This document shows, piece after piece, positions 1 through 15,910 of a stretch of DNA of 64,000 nt. The notes below the pieces were generated by a model. That model was not told the DNA's origin. It was given only the letters and a program-made list of their open reading frames with translations, and searched no databases. Source of the stretch: Eledone cirrhosa (lineage: Eukaryota); the NCBI GenBank assembly GCA_964016885.1, contig OZ024740.1, positions 361,894,001 through 361,958,000 on the forward strand, read 5' to 3'. Made by a program: the position numbers and the translations under genes. Position 1 is the first letter of the stretch. Every line of letters starts with the position of its first letter.

Positions 1-429
1 AATGACACTACCCAACTTTAAAATCTTCCCCTTCTACAAGTGCTCAGATTCGTTCACACAGCAACAAAGAATAAACAAAGAAAATCTATTCCTTAACAAA
101 TTTAAACCAAAACTAAACGGGTTATCACCCCAATAGAATTGTCATAAAATATAAACACACATACGCACGGAATCACTACTATTAAAGACCAGAGACCAAT
201 TCTGTAGAATCAGGTTTATTCATTGACAGACCATGCCTTTGTGTGACCAACACATCCATGTTAAACCCTGCACGTGCACACACATATATCTATATATATA
301 TGCGCACACAGAATTCACCACTGTCGGTTGCGGGGCCCAATCTACATGAAGAACTCAATGTGATCAGAATGACTTGTATTTTAATTTCACTGCCCCAACT
401 TCTTATATTATGGAAAAAATATATGTGTC

Positions 430-705
430 TGTATGTATATATATATATATATATATTTGAAGGCCATTTCTCTGTGTGTGGGTGTATGTATGTGTATATG
501 TGTGTGTGTGTGCATGTGTGTGCATGTGGATGTATGTATTGTGTGTGCGTGTGTGTGTGTGTGTGTGTATGTATGTGGGTATCTGGATGTATGCGTATGT
601 GTATATATATATATATATATATGCATGTGTGTGTGTGTGTATATATATGTGTGTGTATGTGTGTATATATATGTGTGTGTGTGTGTATGTTTGTATGTGT
701 GTATG

Positions 706-738
<33 letters not shown>

Positions 739-879
739 ATGTATGTGTGTATCTGGATGTATGTGTATGTATATATATGTGTGTGTGTGTGTATATATAT
801 ATATGTGTGTGTGTATGTGTATATATGTGTGTGTGTGTGTGTGTGTATGTATATGTATGTGTGTGTGTATGTATGTGTG

Positions 880-920
<41 letters not shown>

Positions 921-975
921 GTATATGTATATGTATGTATGTGTGGATGAAGGTATGTGTGTATATATAGGTGTA
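430..975. repeat. Compound (TG)n/(TA)n microsatellite
   Basis: Continuous TG/TA/TATG runs; source of the spurious CV/YI/HT ORFs. Confidence 0.95.
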
Positions 976-1282
976 AGTGCACTAAATCCCTTTTTATCAC
1001 GCTCCACTCCCCTACCCACCACAGGAAGATATGTGTATGTATATTGCTTCCACCCCCTCACTGACCAGCAGCTGGCCAGTTGGTGATTGCTAAATCTGAC
1101 CTTTATAAAATAACCCACACCCCAAATAACTTCTCATTCACTACCAGAAAGGGACACAGCAGTCAACCTGTTGTTGCTACCTAGATGAAAACTGCTATGA
1201 AATCCCACAATGAATTTTATACTTGAATTTTCAAGTCTCAAATTTTAACTCTTCGTATTATTAATTTTTCTTAATATTAATC

Positions 1283-1330
1283 AACATTTGAAAAGATGGC
1301 TTTTGCAGACCCATCGAAACCGGTCATTTT
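1283..1330 (+). ncRNA. Minimal type I hammerhead-like motif, U3-A8 core variant
   Basis: aacat-TTGAAAA-GATGG(11 nt)CCATC-GAAA-CCGG-TC-atttt: 5-bp stem II, palindromic ACCGGT stem III, GUC site, stem I with one mismatch. Confidence 0.6.
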
Positions 1331-1549
1331 TTATACCCTTTATTATTTCCTTACCTTATAAAATTATGTTTTTTCACAAAAAAGTATTCTGTCTCTTATA
1401 TATTCCATGTGCCATTACCAACCTCAATTTTCTCTATAACCTTCGTTTTGTGTAGAAAATTACACTTTTCATATATATATATATATATATTATTTCGTTT
1501 CTGAATTTGTTTAGCAAGATTCTTTATCTGAAATCGTGTGTTGAAACCG

Positions 1550-1981
1550 ATATTGTTATACTTTGGGAGGGTCATGTTGCCAATAAGAAACACACGCACC
1601 AGTTGCTTTCACTTCAATTTATTATAATAAATTTATAAATTTATAAATTTCTGGTTGGTTGGTTGGTTCCACAACCAGATAGTTGTTTATATATTGTCAT
1701 AGTTCTTTCGTCACACACTCTGTGACGAAATGTTTCAAAATGGCGTAGGACAGAACAAAGGAGAGGCATAGAAACAAAGAAAGGAATCCCCAGTCACTGA
1801 AGAGGTCACAGAGTGTGTGACGAAAGAACTATGACAATATATAAACAACTATCTGGTTGTGGAACCAACCAACCAACCAGAAATTTATAAATTTATAAAT
1901 TTATTATAATAAATTGAAGTGAAAGCAACTGGTGCGTGTGTTTCTTATTGGCAACATGACCCTCCCAAAGTATAACAATAT
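1550..1981. mobile_element. Fold-back element with ~177-bp inverted arms carrying a hammerhead (Penelope-like non-autonomous)
   Basis: 1550-1726 is the reverse complement of 1805-1981 with no mismatch seen by eye; near TA tracts. The same terminus recurs at 2031-2141, ~35307-35380 and ~39993-40050. Confidence 0.8.
1793..1835 (+). ncRNA. Minimal type I hammerhead ribozyme
   Basis: gtca-CTGAAGA-G-GTCAC(agagtgt)GTGAC-GAAA-G-aa-C-TA-tgac: stem I gtca/tgac, 5-bp stem II, 2-bp stem III, CUA site. Confidence 0.75.
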
Positions 1982-2030
1982 ATATATATTAGTTTTGCCG
2001 TTTTTGATATGAAATCGTGTGTCGAAGCAA

Positions 2031-2141
2031 ATATTGTTATACTTGGGGAGGGTCATATTTGTGTAATAATACAGTGAGTGTGTTCTGTTATTAATTCTGG
2101 CAATATTATTATACAAATATGACTCTCCCCAAGTATAACAA
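2031..2141. mobile_element. Short MITE-like hairpin with the same termini as 1550-1981
   Basis: ~30-bp inverted ends TATTGTTATACTTGGGGAGGGTCATATTTG ... CAAATATGACTCTCCCCAAGTATAACAATA. Confidence 0.7.
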
Positions 2142-2210
2142 TATATATATATATATATACATATGTATATATATATATGTGTGCCTGTATTTATATATAT
2201 ATAATGCTTA

Positions 2211-2285
<75 letters not shown>

Positions 2286-3213
2286 GGGTACATACACACC
2301 CATACATACATAAGCATATTTCTTGCGTAAATGAATCTGGTTATATTTCAAAAAGAAAAAAAAGGGGTTGCTTCTGTTTATTATATCTTTTTGCTGATAA
2401 ATCCACAATAGTCAGCTACAAACTACCTCATCTATACATGTAAATTCTATACGGGGTGACCCCACTTCCTCACCCTACAGTAACCATAGAATTTCGTAGG
2501 ATTCACCTTATTCGCTTATATATATATACACTACTAAGCTGGCGTCAGTGTAGTAACTGTTTGTTGTATCTCTTCCGATAATGTAACGCCTGCTTTTTGC
2601 ATAGTATTCTTTTGCTAACAGCAATGGGGTCGTCTGCTACAAGTCATCACCCTCTTATCTCTTCTTGAATATTTATATTATTTTCTTTTCATCCTTACCA
2701 GTAGTTGTTCTCTTTCTTTTTTCTTTCTTTCTATCTTAAGTCTCTTCCATGATCTTTTATTAGTAAATTTTCTGGTGAAATTGGAGAAAAAATTTACCCA
2801 CGCATATACATTTATATATATAAATTTGAAATGCAGTTGTTCCAACGCATATGACTATAATAATAGTTGGTCACTATAACTAATAGTTGAAAAGATCGGG
2901 TAAATACCAGCTGATATCAACAAAAGACTTTTGAAATATTTATTAATTTCGTTGTTCAAAAAAAAAAAAAAAAAAAATCAAAGTTTGGTGAGTTGATGTT
3001 TTTATATATAATTATTTATAATTTTTTCCTTTGTTGTAAAATTATTTGTAAAATATGTTACTGTTTGAATGAAGTGTGTAGCTTCGTGGAGAGGGTGTTT
3101 GGTGGAGAGGTTGTTTTTTGACAAGTTTTTTTTTTATATTGTATTTTTCAGGATAATGTTGCCACCCACTTTTTCTTCTCATTTTGAATGTGCTGTATGA
3201 ACTTCCTCAATGT

Positions 3214-3345
3214 GAAAGGTGGTTTAATGGTTAGGCTGTTCAACTCACGATTGCAAGCTCATGTATTTAATTTCCCGGCAGCACGTTGTGTCCTTGAGCA
3301 AGACATTATGTCACGTTGCTCCAGTTCATGTCACGCTGAATTTTT
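3214..3345 (+). mobile_element. tRNA-type SINE family B, 5' fragment
   Basis: A-box-like GGTTTAATGGTTAGG followed by the GTGTCCTTGAGCAAGAC body shared with other copies. Confidence 0.65.
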
Positions 3346-4219
3346 TAAAGAATTGCGTTTCCCTCTTCCCTTTTATTTATATACATTCTTAATCTTTTCT
3401 TTCTCTTCCTGTTTATTAAATTAAATCAAAAAACAACTCTTCTATTCATTGCATTAACTGGACGATAACTGGACATTACGAACAGGCCGTTTCACTGTTT
3501 GAATTTACTGAAATCTTAGTCTTTGGAACCAAAAGAAGTCCAACGACATGTCTTGATTTAAGTGACATACCTCTCTATTGTTTAGCCTCAGGCTCTTTTA
3601 TATAATTTCATACAATCGCGATTATGAGTTCAAACCCTTCCGTTGGCTATTTCCTCTGTTAAACTTCTTCAAGTTCGATAAAATACATACAAGTCTAAAC
3701 TATATTTTTCAGTGTTTATTTTAACGTGTAGCTGACTCCTGCTTATGTAGTTCTAAATCTAATTTTTGGGAGTAAAATTATATTTTGTGTCAAATACTAT
3801 ATGCGCTTACATAACACTTAACAAATATTAAGACACCTGCTTCAAAGATATGTTCACTTCTAAAGTATCCTTTAAAAAAAAGCTGTTTTTTTTTCAATTT
3901 TTTTTTCAATGTGAGTTACTTTCGTTTCAGTGATATACACTCAACGACCGTTCTGTCCACCGGGGCCACGGTGTGGCCAGCGCTTGGACCCTCATTTGCT
4001 TATAATGAAGAGAGAAGGGGAGAGCGAGAGAGACGGAGACAGTGACCCTGCTGTAGTAGTTTTCTATTTGTATCAATACTCATTTTCTTATTTTATAGTA
4101 TTATCAATAACAGTATTACTGATATATCTTTCACAAACTTCTCATGTCCTTTAGTAAAACAGCAACCGGACATAATCTTTCAATATTAGTGTATTAAATT
4201 AAATCAATTACCGTATCAG

Positions 4220-6215
4220 CTGATATATATAGGGCCTTATGATATATATGGCCCTGGATACATAAGACTTCCGGATATATAGAAACCCGGATATATAAGA
4301 CACCCGGACTTATAGGACCCTGGACATATAAGACCCTCAGTCATATAAGAACCTCGCATATACTGGACCACCGGACATATAAGATACTCGGACATATAGG
4401 AAAATCATATATATAGGGTGATTAGACTCTAGGATTTCCGCAGCTTAGGACATGTAAGACGACTGGACATAAAGGATATATAAGACACACGAACATGTAG
4501 GCCCACCACACGTATAGAACCACCGGATGTATAGGACACCCGGTTATATAAGACTCTCACAAAGACAGGAACCATGGACATATAAGACCCCCGGACATAT
4601 TAGACTACTAGGAGTATAAGGCCATCGGACATGTAGGGGCACCAGACATATACAGACATATAAGGGCACTGGTCATATAGGACCACCCGGCAAATAGGAA
4701 CCCCAGATATATAGGGACGTCGGACATATATCTTTCGGATATATAAAACTCCTGGACAGACAGGACCCTCGGACATATAGGGCACCCGGACATATAAGAT
4801 TCTCGGGCATATAAGACAACAAGACATATAAAGCTACAGGACATATAGCGCCCCCGACATAGAGGATCCCCGGGCATGTAGGGCCGCTGGACATATAGAA
4901 CTACTAGTCATATAAGATCCTCAGATATATAGGTTCCCTGGACATATAGGAACTCCGGACAAATGAAAATCCCAGACATGTAAAACCTCTGGACATATAG
5001 GATCCTCAGACGCATAGGACAACCGAGCCTATAGGATAACTGGACATATAAGACCCTCGAACATATAGCGCATTTGGGCGAATAGGACCACCGGACATAT
5101 GAGAACCTCGGACATACCGGACCCCTGGACATACAAGACATCCGGAACTATAGTATCTCCGGACATATAGGACCCCTGGGCATATAAGACTCCCAGACAT
5201 ATAAGACCTCCGGACATAAGGCCACTGGACGTATAGGAATTTCGTGCGTATAGGATCACTGGACCCACCGGGTGTACAAGACCATCGGACATATAAGATA
5301 CCATAACATATAGGAATCCTGGGTATATGATCCTTGGACATATAGGACCACTAGACATATGAAACCTCCGGACATTTAGGACCATGGGACATATAGGAGA
5401 CCCCTTACATACAGGGTCACTGGATATATAGAATCCTCGGACGTATAGGGCCACCGGATATTTAGAACTATTGGACACATATGACATCCGGACATATCTG
5501 ACCTTCGGACACGCAGGATCCCTAATCATATATGACCCTCGGGCATATAGAACCCCCGGGAGTGTAAGACACTCAGGCATTTAAGATTCTCGGACATATA
5601 GGACCACCAGACATATAAAACCTCCGGACATATAGGGTCAGAGGATATATATGACCACCGGACATACAGAATCCCTGGATATGTAGGACCACCTGATACA
5701 TCGAACTACTGATCATATAAGGTCCTTGATCATATAGGACCGCCGGACGTATAGGACCACTGAACATATAGGACCACCGGACATATAGGACCACTGAACA
5801 TATAGAATCCCCGGACATTTAAGATCTTCGGGCACACAGGATCCCCGGGCATGTAGGACCCCCAGACATATATGACCACCGGACATATAGAAATACTGGA
5901 AATAAGGACCCTCGGACATATAAGAATCTTGGACATATCGGACCTTCAGACATATAAGATCCTCTCACATTCAGGACCACCGGACATAGAGTACCTGAAG
6001 ATATATAGAAATCTTGGGTGATAGGACCAAGCACCACTGTATATGTACGACCCCCGTAATAGTGGGAGCCCTGGACAATAGGACCCCTGGAGATACAAGA
6101 CTCCTGAATATATAGAACAACAAGACATATAGGACTATCGGACATATAGGGCTCCTGAACATATAGTACCGCAGAACTTATAGGACATATAAGACACCAG
6201 ACATACAGGAACCAC
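4220..6215. repeat. Degenerate ~17-18 bp minisatellite (GGACATATAGGACCACC-like), ~2 kb
   Basis: About a hundred diverged units with a GACATATA(A/G)GA core; explains the minus-strand 'YVRGSYMSGGPICP' ORFs. Confidence 0.9.
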
Positions 6216-6494
6216 GGATAATTCAGCAGGGAATATTAAGAAAATAAACTTTAGCTAACAAGATACTTCAACTTTGCAAATAAGACTAAGGTGATACATG
6301 TTTATCATACTTTGCCGGGGTGAGAGGGGAGCATTACATACCATCAAATAAAGTATTTCATCACTGTTCACTAAGACAAATTAGATTTGATAACACGTAC
6401 ACTTATAATTAGACAGACCTTATTTCATGGTATTCATTCTAGTTAAGGTGATGAAAATATATGGAACACAACCCCCACCTCCTCCCATCTCAAT

Positions 6495-6538
6495 TTTACT
6501 TTTGAAAATCATAAGAACTGTGAAACCGGTAAAGTAAA
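6495..6538 (+). ncRNA. Minimal hammerhead-like motif, U3-A8 core variant
   Basis: tttactt-TTGAAAA-tca(7 nt)tgt-GAAA-CCGG-TA-aagtaaa: 7-bp stem I, palindromic stem III, weak stem II. Homolog at 33143-33181 (-). Confidence 0.6.
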
Positions 6539-6583
6539 TAAATATTCTTAAAAGACTCCAGTTGCATTTCCAATTTCTTTTCC

Positions 6584-6616
<33 letters not shown>

Positions 6617-6663
6617 CACACACACACACACACATACATACATACATACATACACACACACAT

Positions 6664-6737
<74 letters not shown>

Positions 6738-7504
6738 TCTTTTACTTTTTTCAGTCATCAAACTACAGCCTTATTGGGGCACTACCTGACTTTAGGTTTG
6801 CCCAATAATTTCTGGAAGATCATCATTCATCCCTGTATGCAGGTTTCTCTTCTCCACGGTATCAATGTTGTCCCAGGAAAAGGCAATGGCTGATAGATAC
6901 ACCTTGGCCCCAGCATCATCAAATCTTATTTTTGTCAACTGAGTGAACTGAATTAACTTAAAATAATGTGATTAGCTTAAGGACACATCGTACATTGAGC
7001 GCCTTAATGACTAACTTGTATGTCTTATTTTTAACGCCTAATATAAAGAAGACATTGCAATAGGGAGTTGACAACCATTTAAAATTTAAAAAAAAAATTT
7101 ACTTTTACGTATTGTTCCCCATTCCTGGCCGAAACGTTGAGACGTTTGAGTGGTAATTATTAGGTTTCTGGTTTGACCACTTGGTCAAATGTCATTTACC
7201 ATCGCTTCGGATCGACCCATGCCATGTAAGAGAAGCTGGGTAGATGGAAACTGTTTCGAATCCCGCCAGATATACTGTTTATGCAATTCAAAGATCCAAC
7301 CTTGAATTACGGTAAGAGTACGCGTGTCTGTGTAGTCCGCAGCCACTTAATTTCATGAGCAAACTGTTCCATTGATTGAACAACACTCACCATCGAAGGC
7401 AAGAGAGATCTATTCCATTCCTCAACATACAACTTCCATATGATCAATGTTTCTCTGAGCAAGACCTTTTATTTCGGGTTGCTTCAGTCAAATGAGGGAG
7501 CCGC

Positions 7505-7910
7505 GATCCAGCAAATGAGTCTCCAGTCAATTAGGGTGTCTCTTGTCAACAAAGGTGTCTGAGCCAACAAGGGAGTCTTCATCTAACGAGGGAATCTTGA
7601 ACCAACAAGAGAGTCTTCAGCCAACGAGGGAATCTTCCGCCAGCCAGGGTGTCTGCACCAACAAGGGAGTCCCCATCTAAAAAATGAGTCTGCAGCAAAC
7701 CAAAGAGTCTGCAGCCAACCAGGGAGACCCAGCCAAGCAGGGGAGTCTGCAGTCAACGAAGGAGTCTGCGGTCAACGAGTGAGTTTTCAGCTAACGAGGG
7801 AGTCCTTAGCCAGCCAGCGAGTCTTCAGCCAACCAGAGGGATCCCAGCCAACCAGGGGCGTCTCTAGCTAGCCAGGGGGTCTCCAGCTAGCCAGGGAGTC
7901 TGTAGCCAGC
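7505..7910. repeat. Degenerate ~19-bp minisatellite (CAGCCAACCAGGGAGTCTG-like)
   Basis: About 20 diverged tandem units. Confidence 0.85.
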
Positions 7911-8682
7911 ATAGGCACCTCTACATGATCGCTTAATTTGTTAGAAAGGATTGCTAAATCTTCCTCAACTCCCATCCTATTGTTTTATGAACAAAAATAC
8001 CTTGAATAATGCATCTTTTTTAAAAAAATGATATTTAAATACCCTTTCATATGTAATACTCCTAACAAACAATAAAGCTAAATGGTCATTAATAGAAAAA
8101 CCCCAAGAGTTTACTCGATTCAAGGCTGCATTATTCCCAAGGCTAGATAAGTATCAGATTTCTTTGCTGTGACATTTTAGATATGTTATGCTTTATGAAT
8201 CTAGTAACAATTGAACTATTAATTATATAAATCTAACTGAAAAACAAGATATTTGCTAATACATATATTTGTAAACAACTCGGCACTAAACTGAGGATTT
8301 TGTGTTTCAGGATGCAGTAATCTCGAAGTGTGTTGTTTTATTAATTCTTAACTCTTTTGATACCAAGTGAATCGGTGATACATAACAAGCTGTATTACAG
8401 TGTTTATATTTATCTAAAAACCTTTTATGATAATTCTATGTAAGAAACTTTATGTCCCAAACACCAACTTAATAATAAGAAAATTACTTATATTACTTAA
8501 TCCTTCCAAATTCCTGATTATTTTCAAAATATTTTGAAAAGATCCTTGGCAGTATCTTTCATTAGAAATTATAGTAAGGAATAAGTTAGTGTTTAAGAAC
8601 TTTAATTAAGTTATGTTCTAAACACCAACTTAATGAGAAAGTTGAATTCCAAATACCCGAAACAAATTGCTTTCCAACTACA

Positions 8683-9000
8683 GTGAAAGCAAGTGGTTTA
8701 GTAGCTGCTGTTTTCTGCTCACGATTGCAAGTTCGTGTGTTCAATTCCCGGTGGTGCATTGTGTTCTTCGACAAGACACGTTATTTCACGTTACTCAAAT
8801 CTATTCAGCTGGCAAAAATGAGTTCTACTTGTAATTTAAAGGGCCAATTGTATCACACTGTGTCACATTAAATTACCCCAGAACAACATCATGGGTGCAC
8901 GTGTCTGTAGAATATCCAAACAGTTGCACGTTAGCTTCACGAGCAGGTTGCTCCGTAGGTCGTATACATTGGAACACTCGACGTCGGATCCGATGGAGAC
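8683..9000 (+). mobile_element. tRNA-type SINE family B, diverged near full length
   Basis: B-box-like GTTCAATTCCC; body CAGCTGGCAAAAATGAG...CACGAGCAGG shared with copies at 15.6, 24.7, 31.0 and 62.4 kb. Confidence 0.75.
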
Positions 9001-9962
9001 TCTGCTACAGTATCAATACTAAATTATTTTAAGACGCTAAGTTAAACTTGGAAGGCTTGGATTTTAAGAAATTCTTGCTTAACTGTTATCGAAACTACCC
9101 ATAACTTCATATTGATGCACATAGAAACGATAAATTATTTTCTCTATCTCTTTCATCCCTATGTCTAAAGAATTTCTATCTGAGAATTCGAATCTTTCAT
9201 AACTAATTGCAAATAACGTGTCTAAATATCCTGCCAAACAGTGTTTACTTCTACTGAATTGTGTTGAAGTAAAACCTGGAATGTTTTGTCTGTATTTTAA
9301 GAAATTCTTGCTTGAAGATTATCGGAGCGATCTATAAGTTCATATTGATATATGTGTAAACTAAAAGTATTTGTAAACAATGGAGCACACGCGGGGCGTG
9401 TAGTAAGATTGAAATTTAAGAGTAAATTTTCCTTTTTACTAAGACTACTACAACTCATATAAAATGTAAAATAATTGAATAAAATCGGGGATATAATCCC
9501 TTCAGGCTGAAGAAACGTGAACAGAATCATCGGCGGGAAACAAACCGAGCTTCTACCGTACGTCGAAAAGTGATTCTGTCAATTCTTTTCGTCTTAAGGG
9601 TTCTATTAGTCCTTTTATTCAACTATCTTATAGTAGTAGCCTTTGTAGAAAACAAAATATACCAATGTTTTTTTCTCTAATTCTTTCATCTTGATACCGA
9701 TTTTAATTTTGTGTGTAGAGAATTCCTGTTCGAGAATTCGAATCGTTTGTTACTAATTGAGAATAACTCGTCTAAATATAACTCTGCCAAACTGAAATCA
9801 TATTTCTGAAACAATGCAAACGAAAGGAAACTGCAATTTTGTCATACCTCATCAGTCTGGCAATTTCTAAGAAGGAAAAAAGGTTAGAATGAAACAAAAT
9901 TGGTTCAACATTTGAGTAGGGTATCCGTTTAGCATTCGTATTCATTATCTATCTATAAATGA

Positions 9963-10190
9963 GTGTGGATGATTGGCAGTATCGTTAGAACGTCGAACAA
10001 AATGACTTGCATTATCTGTCTCGACATTTTACGTTCTCAGTTTCAATCCAGCCGAGGTCGACTTGCTTTCCATTCTTCTGGAGTCGATAACATAAAGTAC
10101 CAGTCAAGTAAGAGGATCAATGTAATCGACTTGTACATCTCCCACAAAGAAAAAAAAATTCTGGTTTTGTGCCTAAATCAAAACTATTAT
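9963..10190 (+). mobile_element. tRNA-type SINE family A, older copy
   Basis: TTGGCAGTATCG head and GCCGAGGTCGACTTGCTTTCCATTC...GTCGATAA..AAGTACCAG core. Confidence 0.7.
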
Positions 10191-10255
10191 CTACTTATTA
10201 AAAAGTATTATCTTTCTATACATTATTCATGTTAAATTCCCCCACCATACACACA

Positions 10256-10351
<96 letters not shown>

Positions 10352-10362
10352 CACACACACAG

Positions 10363-10401
<39 letters not shown>

Positions 10402-10412
10402 GAACAGATTAA

Positions 10413-10461
10413 AGTTTAAGCAAAGAATCGCTGCTTTCACCCTTAACGGGATGTTCAGAAA
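10413..10461 (-). ncRNA. Hammerhead-like motif of the 39.5-40 kb family (core CTGAACA)
   Basis: Minus strand tttCTGAACAtcccgttaagggtGAAAgca...tgCTTaaact; lies between TA tracts. Confidence 0.45.
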
Positions 10462-10516
10462 TATATATGTAATCGTTATCGAACCCTCTTCGGATTTTAG
10501 TCTTCACAATTATTAT

Positions 10517-10565
<49 letters not shown>

Positions 10566-10859
10566 TATTTGAACAGCAACCGATACCAGGATGAAGATAT
10601 GGCTGTGTATACACAGACAAAGAAAAATTGTGGGAAGGTTCAGAGTCATGCCCGAGATCCCAATTCGATTACCCGGTGAAACTCCTTCATTTAGTTATTT
10701 AGTTTATGCTGCTAATGCCATTGGAAACTGAATAAACGTCACACATTCTCATCGATCCATATCATGTTTGGTGAGATGGGATTCTGGTGAGCCGAGTTTA
10801 CTTGAACAACATCATCTCTTTATAATTCTCTTCTGACAAACCGAAAATTATGTCTTTAT

Positions 10860-11053
10860 AATAATTGTTTCTACGTTAGGCACAAGGCCAGCAATTACCC
10901 AGTGTATTACTGGTACTTTATTTTATCGACCCCGTAAGGATGAAAGGCAAAGTTAACCTCGGCGGGATTTGAACTCAGAATGGCAAGGGCCGTAACTCTA
11001 TGCGTCAAAGCATGGCGTCCGACCCTCTACCGATACTGCCAATCCACCGCCCT
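10860..11053 (-). mobile_element. tRNA-type SINE family A, young full-length copy
   Basis: Near-identical to the copies at 17073, 28867, 36411, 49988, 55610 and 60145; B box GAGTTCAAATCCC; ATTAT tail. Confidence 0.9.
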
Positions 11054-11167
11054 TATAACCTTTTCACTTAATGTGCTGTCTGATGAAATCACGAGAATGG
11101 TTACATAATCAAGTGACTATGAACGTCATTGAAAAATGTATCCCAGCTTTATTAACTTCGCATTTTC

Positions 11168-11307
<140 letters not shown>

Positions 11308-11346
11308 GATCAGAGCAAACAGCACGGACACTCTATCTCAAAATTA

Positions 11347-11383
11347 TTTTTGAAAAGCATTTAGAAATGCGCAACCGGTAAAA
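11347..11383 (+). ncRNA. Hammerhead-like motif, U3-A8 core with GCAA in place of GAAA
   Basis: ttt-TTGAAAA-GCATT(taga)AATGC-GCAA-CCGG-TA-aaa, within a unique island (11309-11505) between TA tracts. Homolog at 17904-17939 (-). Confidence 0.45.
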
Positions 11384-11521
11384 ACTTAAAAACTTAAAAC
11401 CACAACTGAATACTAACCCATACAATCACTAATACTCTTTTATTCCTAATTAAACCATTTTTGAACTGTGAACAATTTTTCAGCATTTTCTATTCCGTTT
11501 ACCAATATATATATATATATT

Positions 11522-11870
<349 letters not shown>

Positions 11871-11961
11871 TATATATATATATATATATATAATCAAGGT
11901 TTAGCAAATAAGAAGAAGTTTCAAAATAAATTTTAAAAGATTCACTGTATTCACTATGGTT

Positions 11962-12048
11962 ACCTCTACCGAATCAGTTTCGAGTCTCAAAAATAAATGG
12001 ACAGTCCTTGCGGCCTTCCATTGAAAAGATAAACTCTCGTCAGAAGGT
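11962..12048 (-). ncRNA. Type I hammerhead ribozyme (inverted copy)
   Basis: Minus strand acctt-CTGACGA-GAGT...ACTC-GAAA-CTGATTCGG-TA-gaggt. Confidence 0.8.
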
Positions 12049-12551
12049 TCTTTTAACTCGGAGAATATAAAATTCCCGAGTTCAAATTACAAACTGGCGC
12101 TATTTAAAATTGTTCCCGAGATGAGAATGAATGATGTGGAAGCAATTCTGTCCATTGCCGTGTGTAAAGATAGAAATAGAAGCAGGGAGGTCAGTCTACT
12201 ATCACTATAAATAGCAACAGTCAGAATGTTCTGGCTCGTTAATTTATTAACCTGCCATTGAACCACATTAGCATATGGTTGGACAATACATGTGTCTCTA
12301 GACGCTTTTTGCGTGTAGGGATATATACTTTATTATTATTATTCTTCTCTTGGTGGAGATAAAATTTGGTCGTTCTGACTGCTGCTATTTATAGTGGTAG
12401 TAGACTGACCTCCATGCCTCTGCGTTCTATCTTTACACACGGCACTGGACAGAATTGCTTCCACATCATTCATTCTCATCTCGGGAACAATTTTAAATAG
12501 CGCAAGTTTGTAATTTGAACTCGGGAATTTTATATTCTCCGAGTGAAAAGA

Positions 12552-12639
12552 ACCTTCTGACGAGAGTTTATCTTTGCAATGGTAGGCCGCAAGGACTGTC
12601 AATTATTTTTGAGAGACTCGAAACCGATTCGGTAGAGGT
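12552..12639 (+). ncRNA. Type I hammerhead ribozyme with extended stem II
   Basis: acctt-CTGACGA-GAGTTT...[TCTTTGC/GCAAGGA branch]...AGACTC-GAAA-CCGATTCGG-TA-gaggt: complete canonical core, GUA site at 12632-12634. Confidence 0.85.
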
Positions 12640-12818
12640 AACCATAGTGAATACAGTGAATTTTTTAAAATTTATTTTGAAACTTTTTCTTATTTGCTAA
12701 ACTTTGATTATATATGTTCTGGCTCGTTAATTTATTAACCTGCCATTGAACCACATTGCCATATGGTTGGACAATACATGTGTCCCCAGACGCTTTTTGC
12801 GTGTATGGATATATACTT

Positions 12819-15265
<2,447 letters not shown>

Positions 15266-15603
15266 TTGTTTAATATACATAGCAATTCTCACTAGCTTCT
15301 GTATGGCAAAAGTGCGCCGTCAAAGTGAAGAGCGAGATATATATCATTAATTTTTGATTAAGCTATTCTTTTTATCTATGCTGCTGGCAATGTTATCCAA
15401 CCTATGAGATAAATATCTATATTTAAACCCGTGCCCGGTGTTTCCAATGACGAATTCTTTCAAGATAGGTTTCTTCAACAGGTTTAGGCATACGTACCAT
15501 TGTGATCTGAATTCAACCCCATAGAGATCGACTTTGCCTTTCGACCGACTAAGTACCAGGAATATGCTGGGGATTTATTTACTAAAATATACTCCACTTC
15601 TAC

Positions 15604-15910
15604 TGAAGGTGTGTAGCTTAGAGGTTAAGATGTTCTGCTTACGATTGTAAGGTCATGATGGAGTGTTGGGTCCTTGATCAAGGCACTTTATTTCACGTTG
15701 CTTCAATACAATCAGCTGGCAAAAATGAATTGTACCTTCACTTCTAAGAACCAGACTTATCATAGACTGTATCATGCTGAATCTCCCTGAGAACAATATT
15801 AAGTGTGTACACATGTCTATTGAGTGCTCGGCTACTTGCATTTTAATTTCACGAGCAAGCTGTTCCGTTGATCGAAACTGGAAAACTCATCATTGGAACC
15901 GACGGTGGTC
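15604..15910 (+). mobile_element. tRNA-type SINE family B
   Basis: Shared body TCCTTGATCAAGGCACTTTATTTCACG...AATCTCCCTGAGAAC...TTTCACGAGCA. Confidence 0.75.

Larger units (their letters stand above)
11891..12710. mobile_element. Fold-back element with ~337-bp inverted arms, each carrying a hammerhead
   Basis: 11891-12226 is an imperfect reverse complement of 12373-12710; a ~110-bp direct repeat lies at 12226-12339 and 12714-12823; TA tracts on both sides. Confidence 0.85.

Noticed and set aside
4600-6162. Minus-strand Cys/Pro-rich ORFs
   Set aside because: All three frames give the same peptide motifs from the minisatellite, with frequent stops.
9800-9860. CTGATGA on the minus strand (also 42906-42913 minus and 22019 plus) as hammerheads
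   Set aside because: No correctly placed GAAA plus stem III and stem I.
10860-11053. tRNA genes
   Set aside because: The A/B boxes belong to SINE heads; no cloverleaf, and each is followed by a SINE body and tail.
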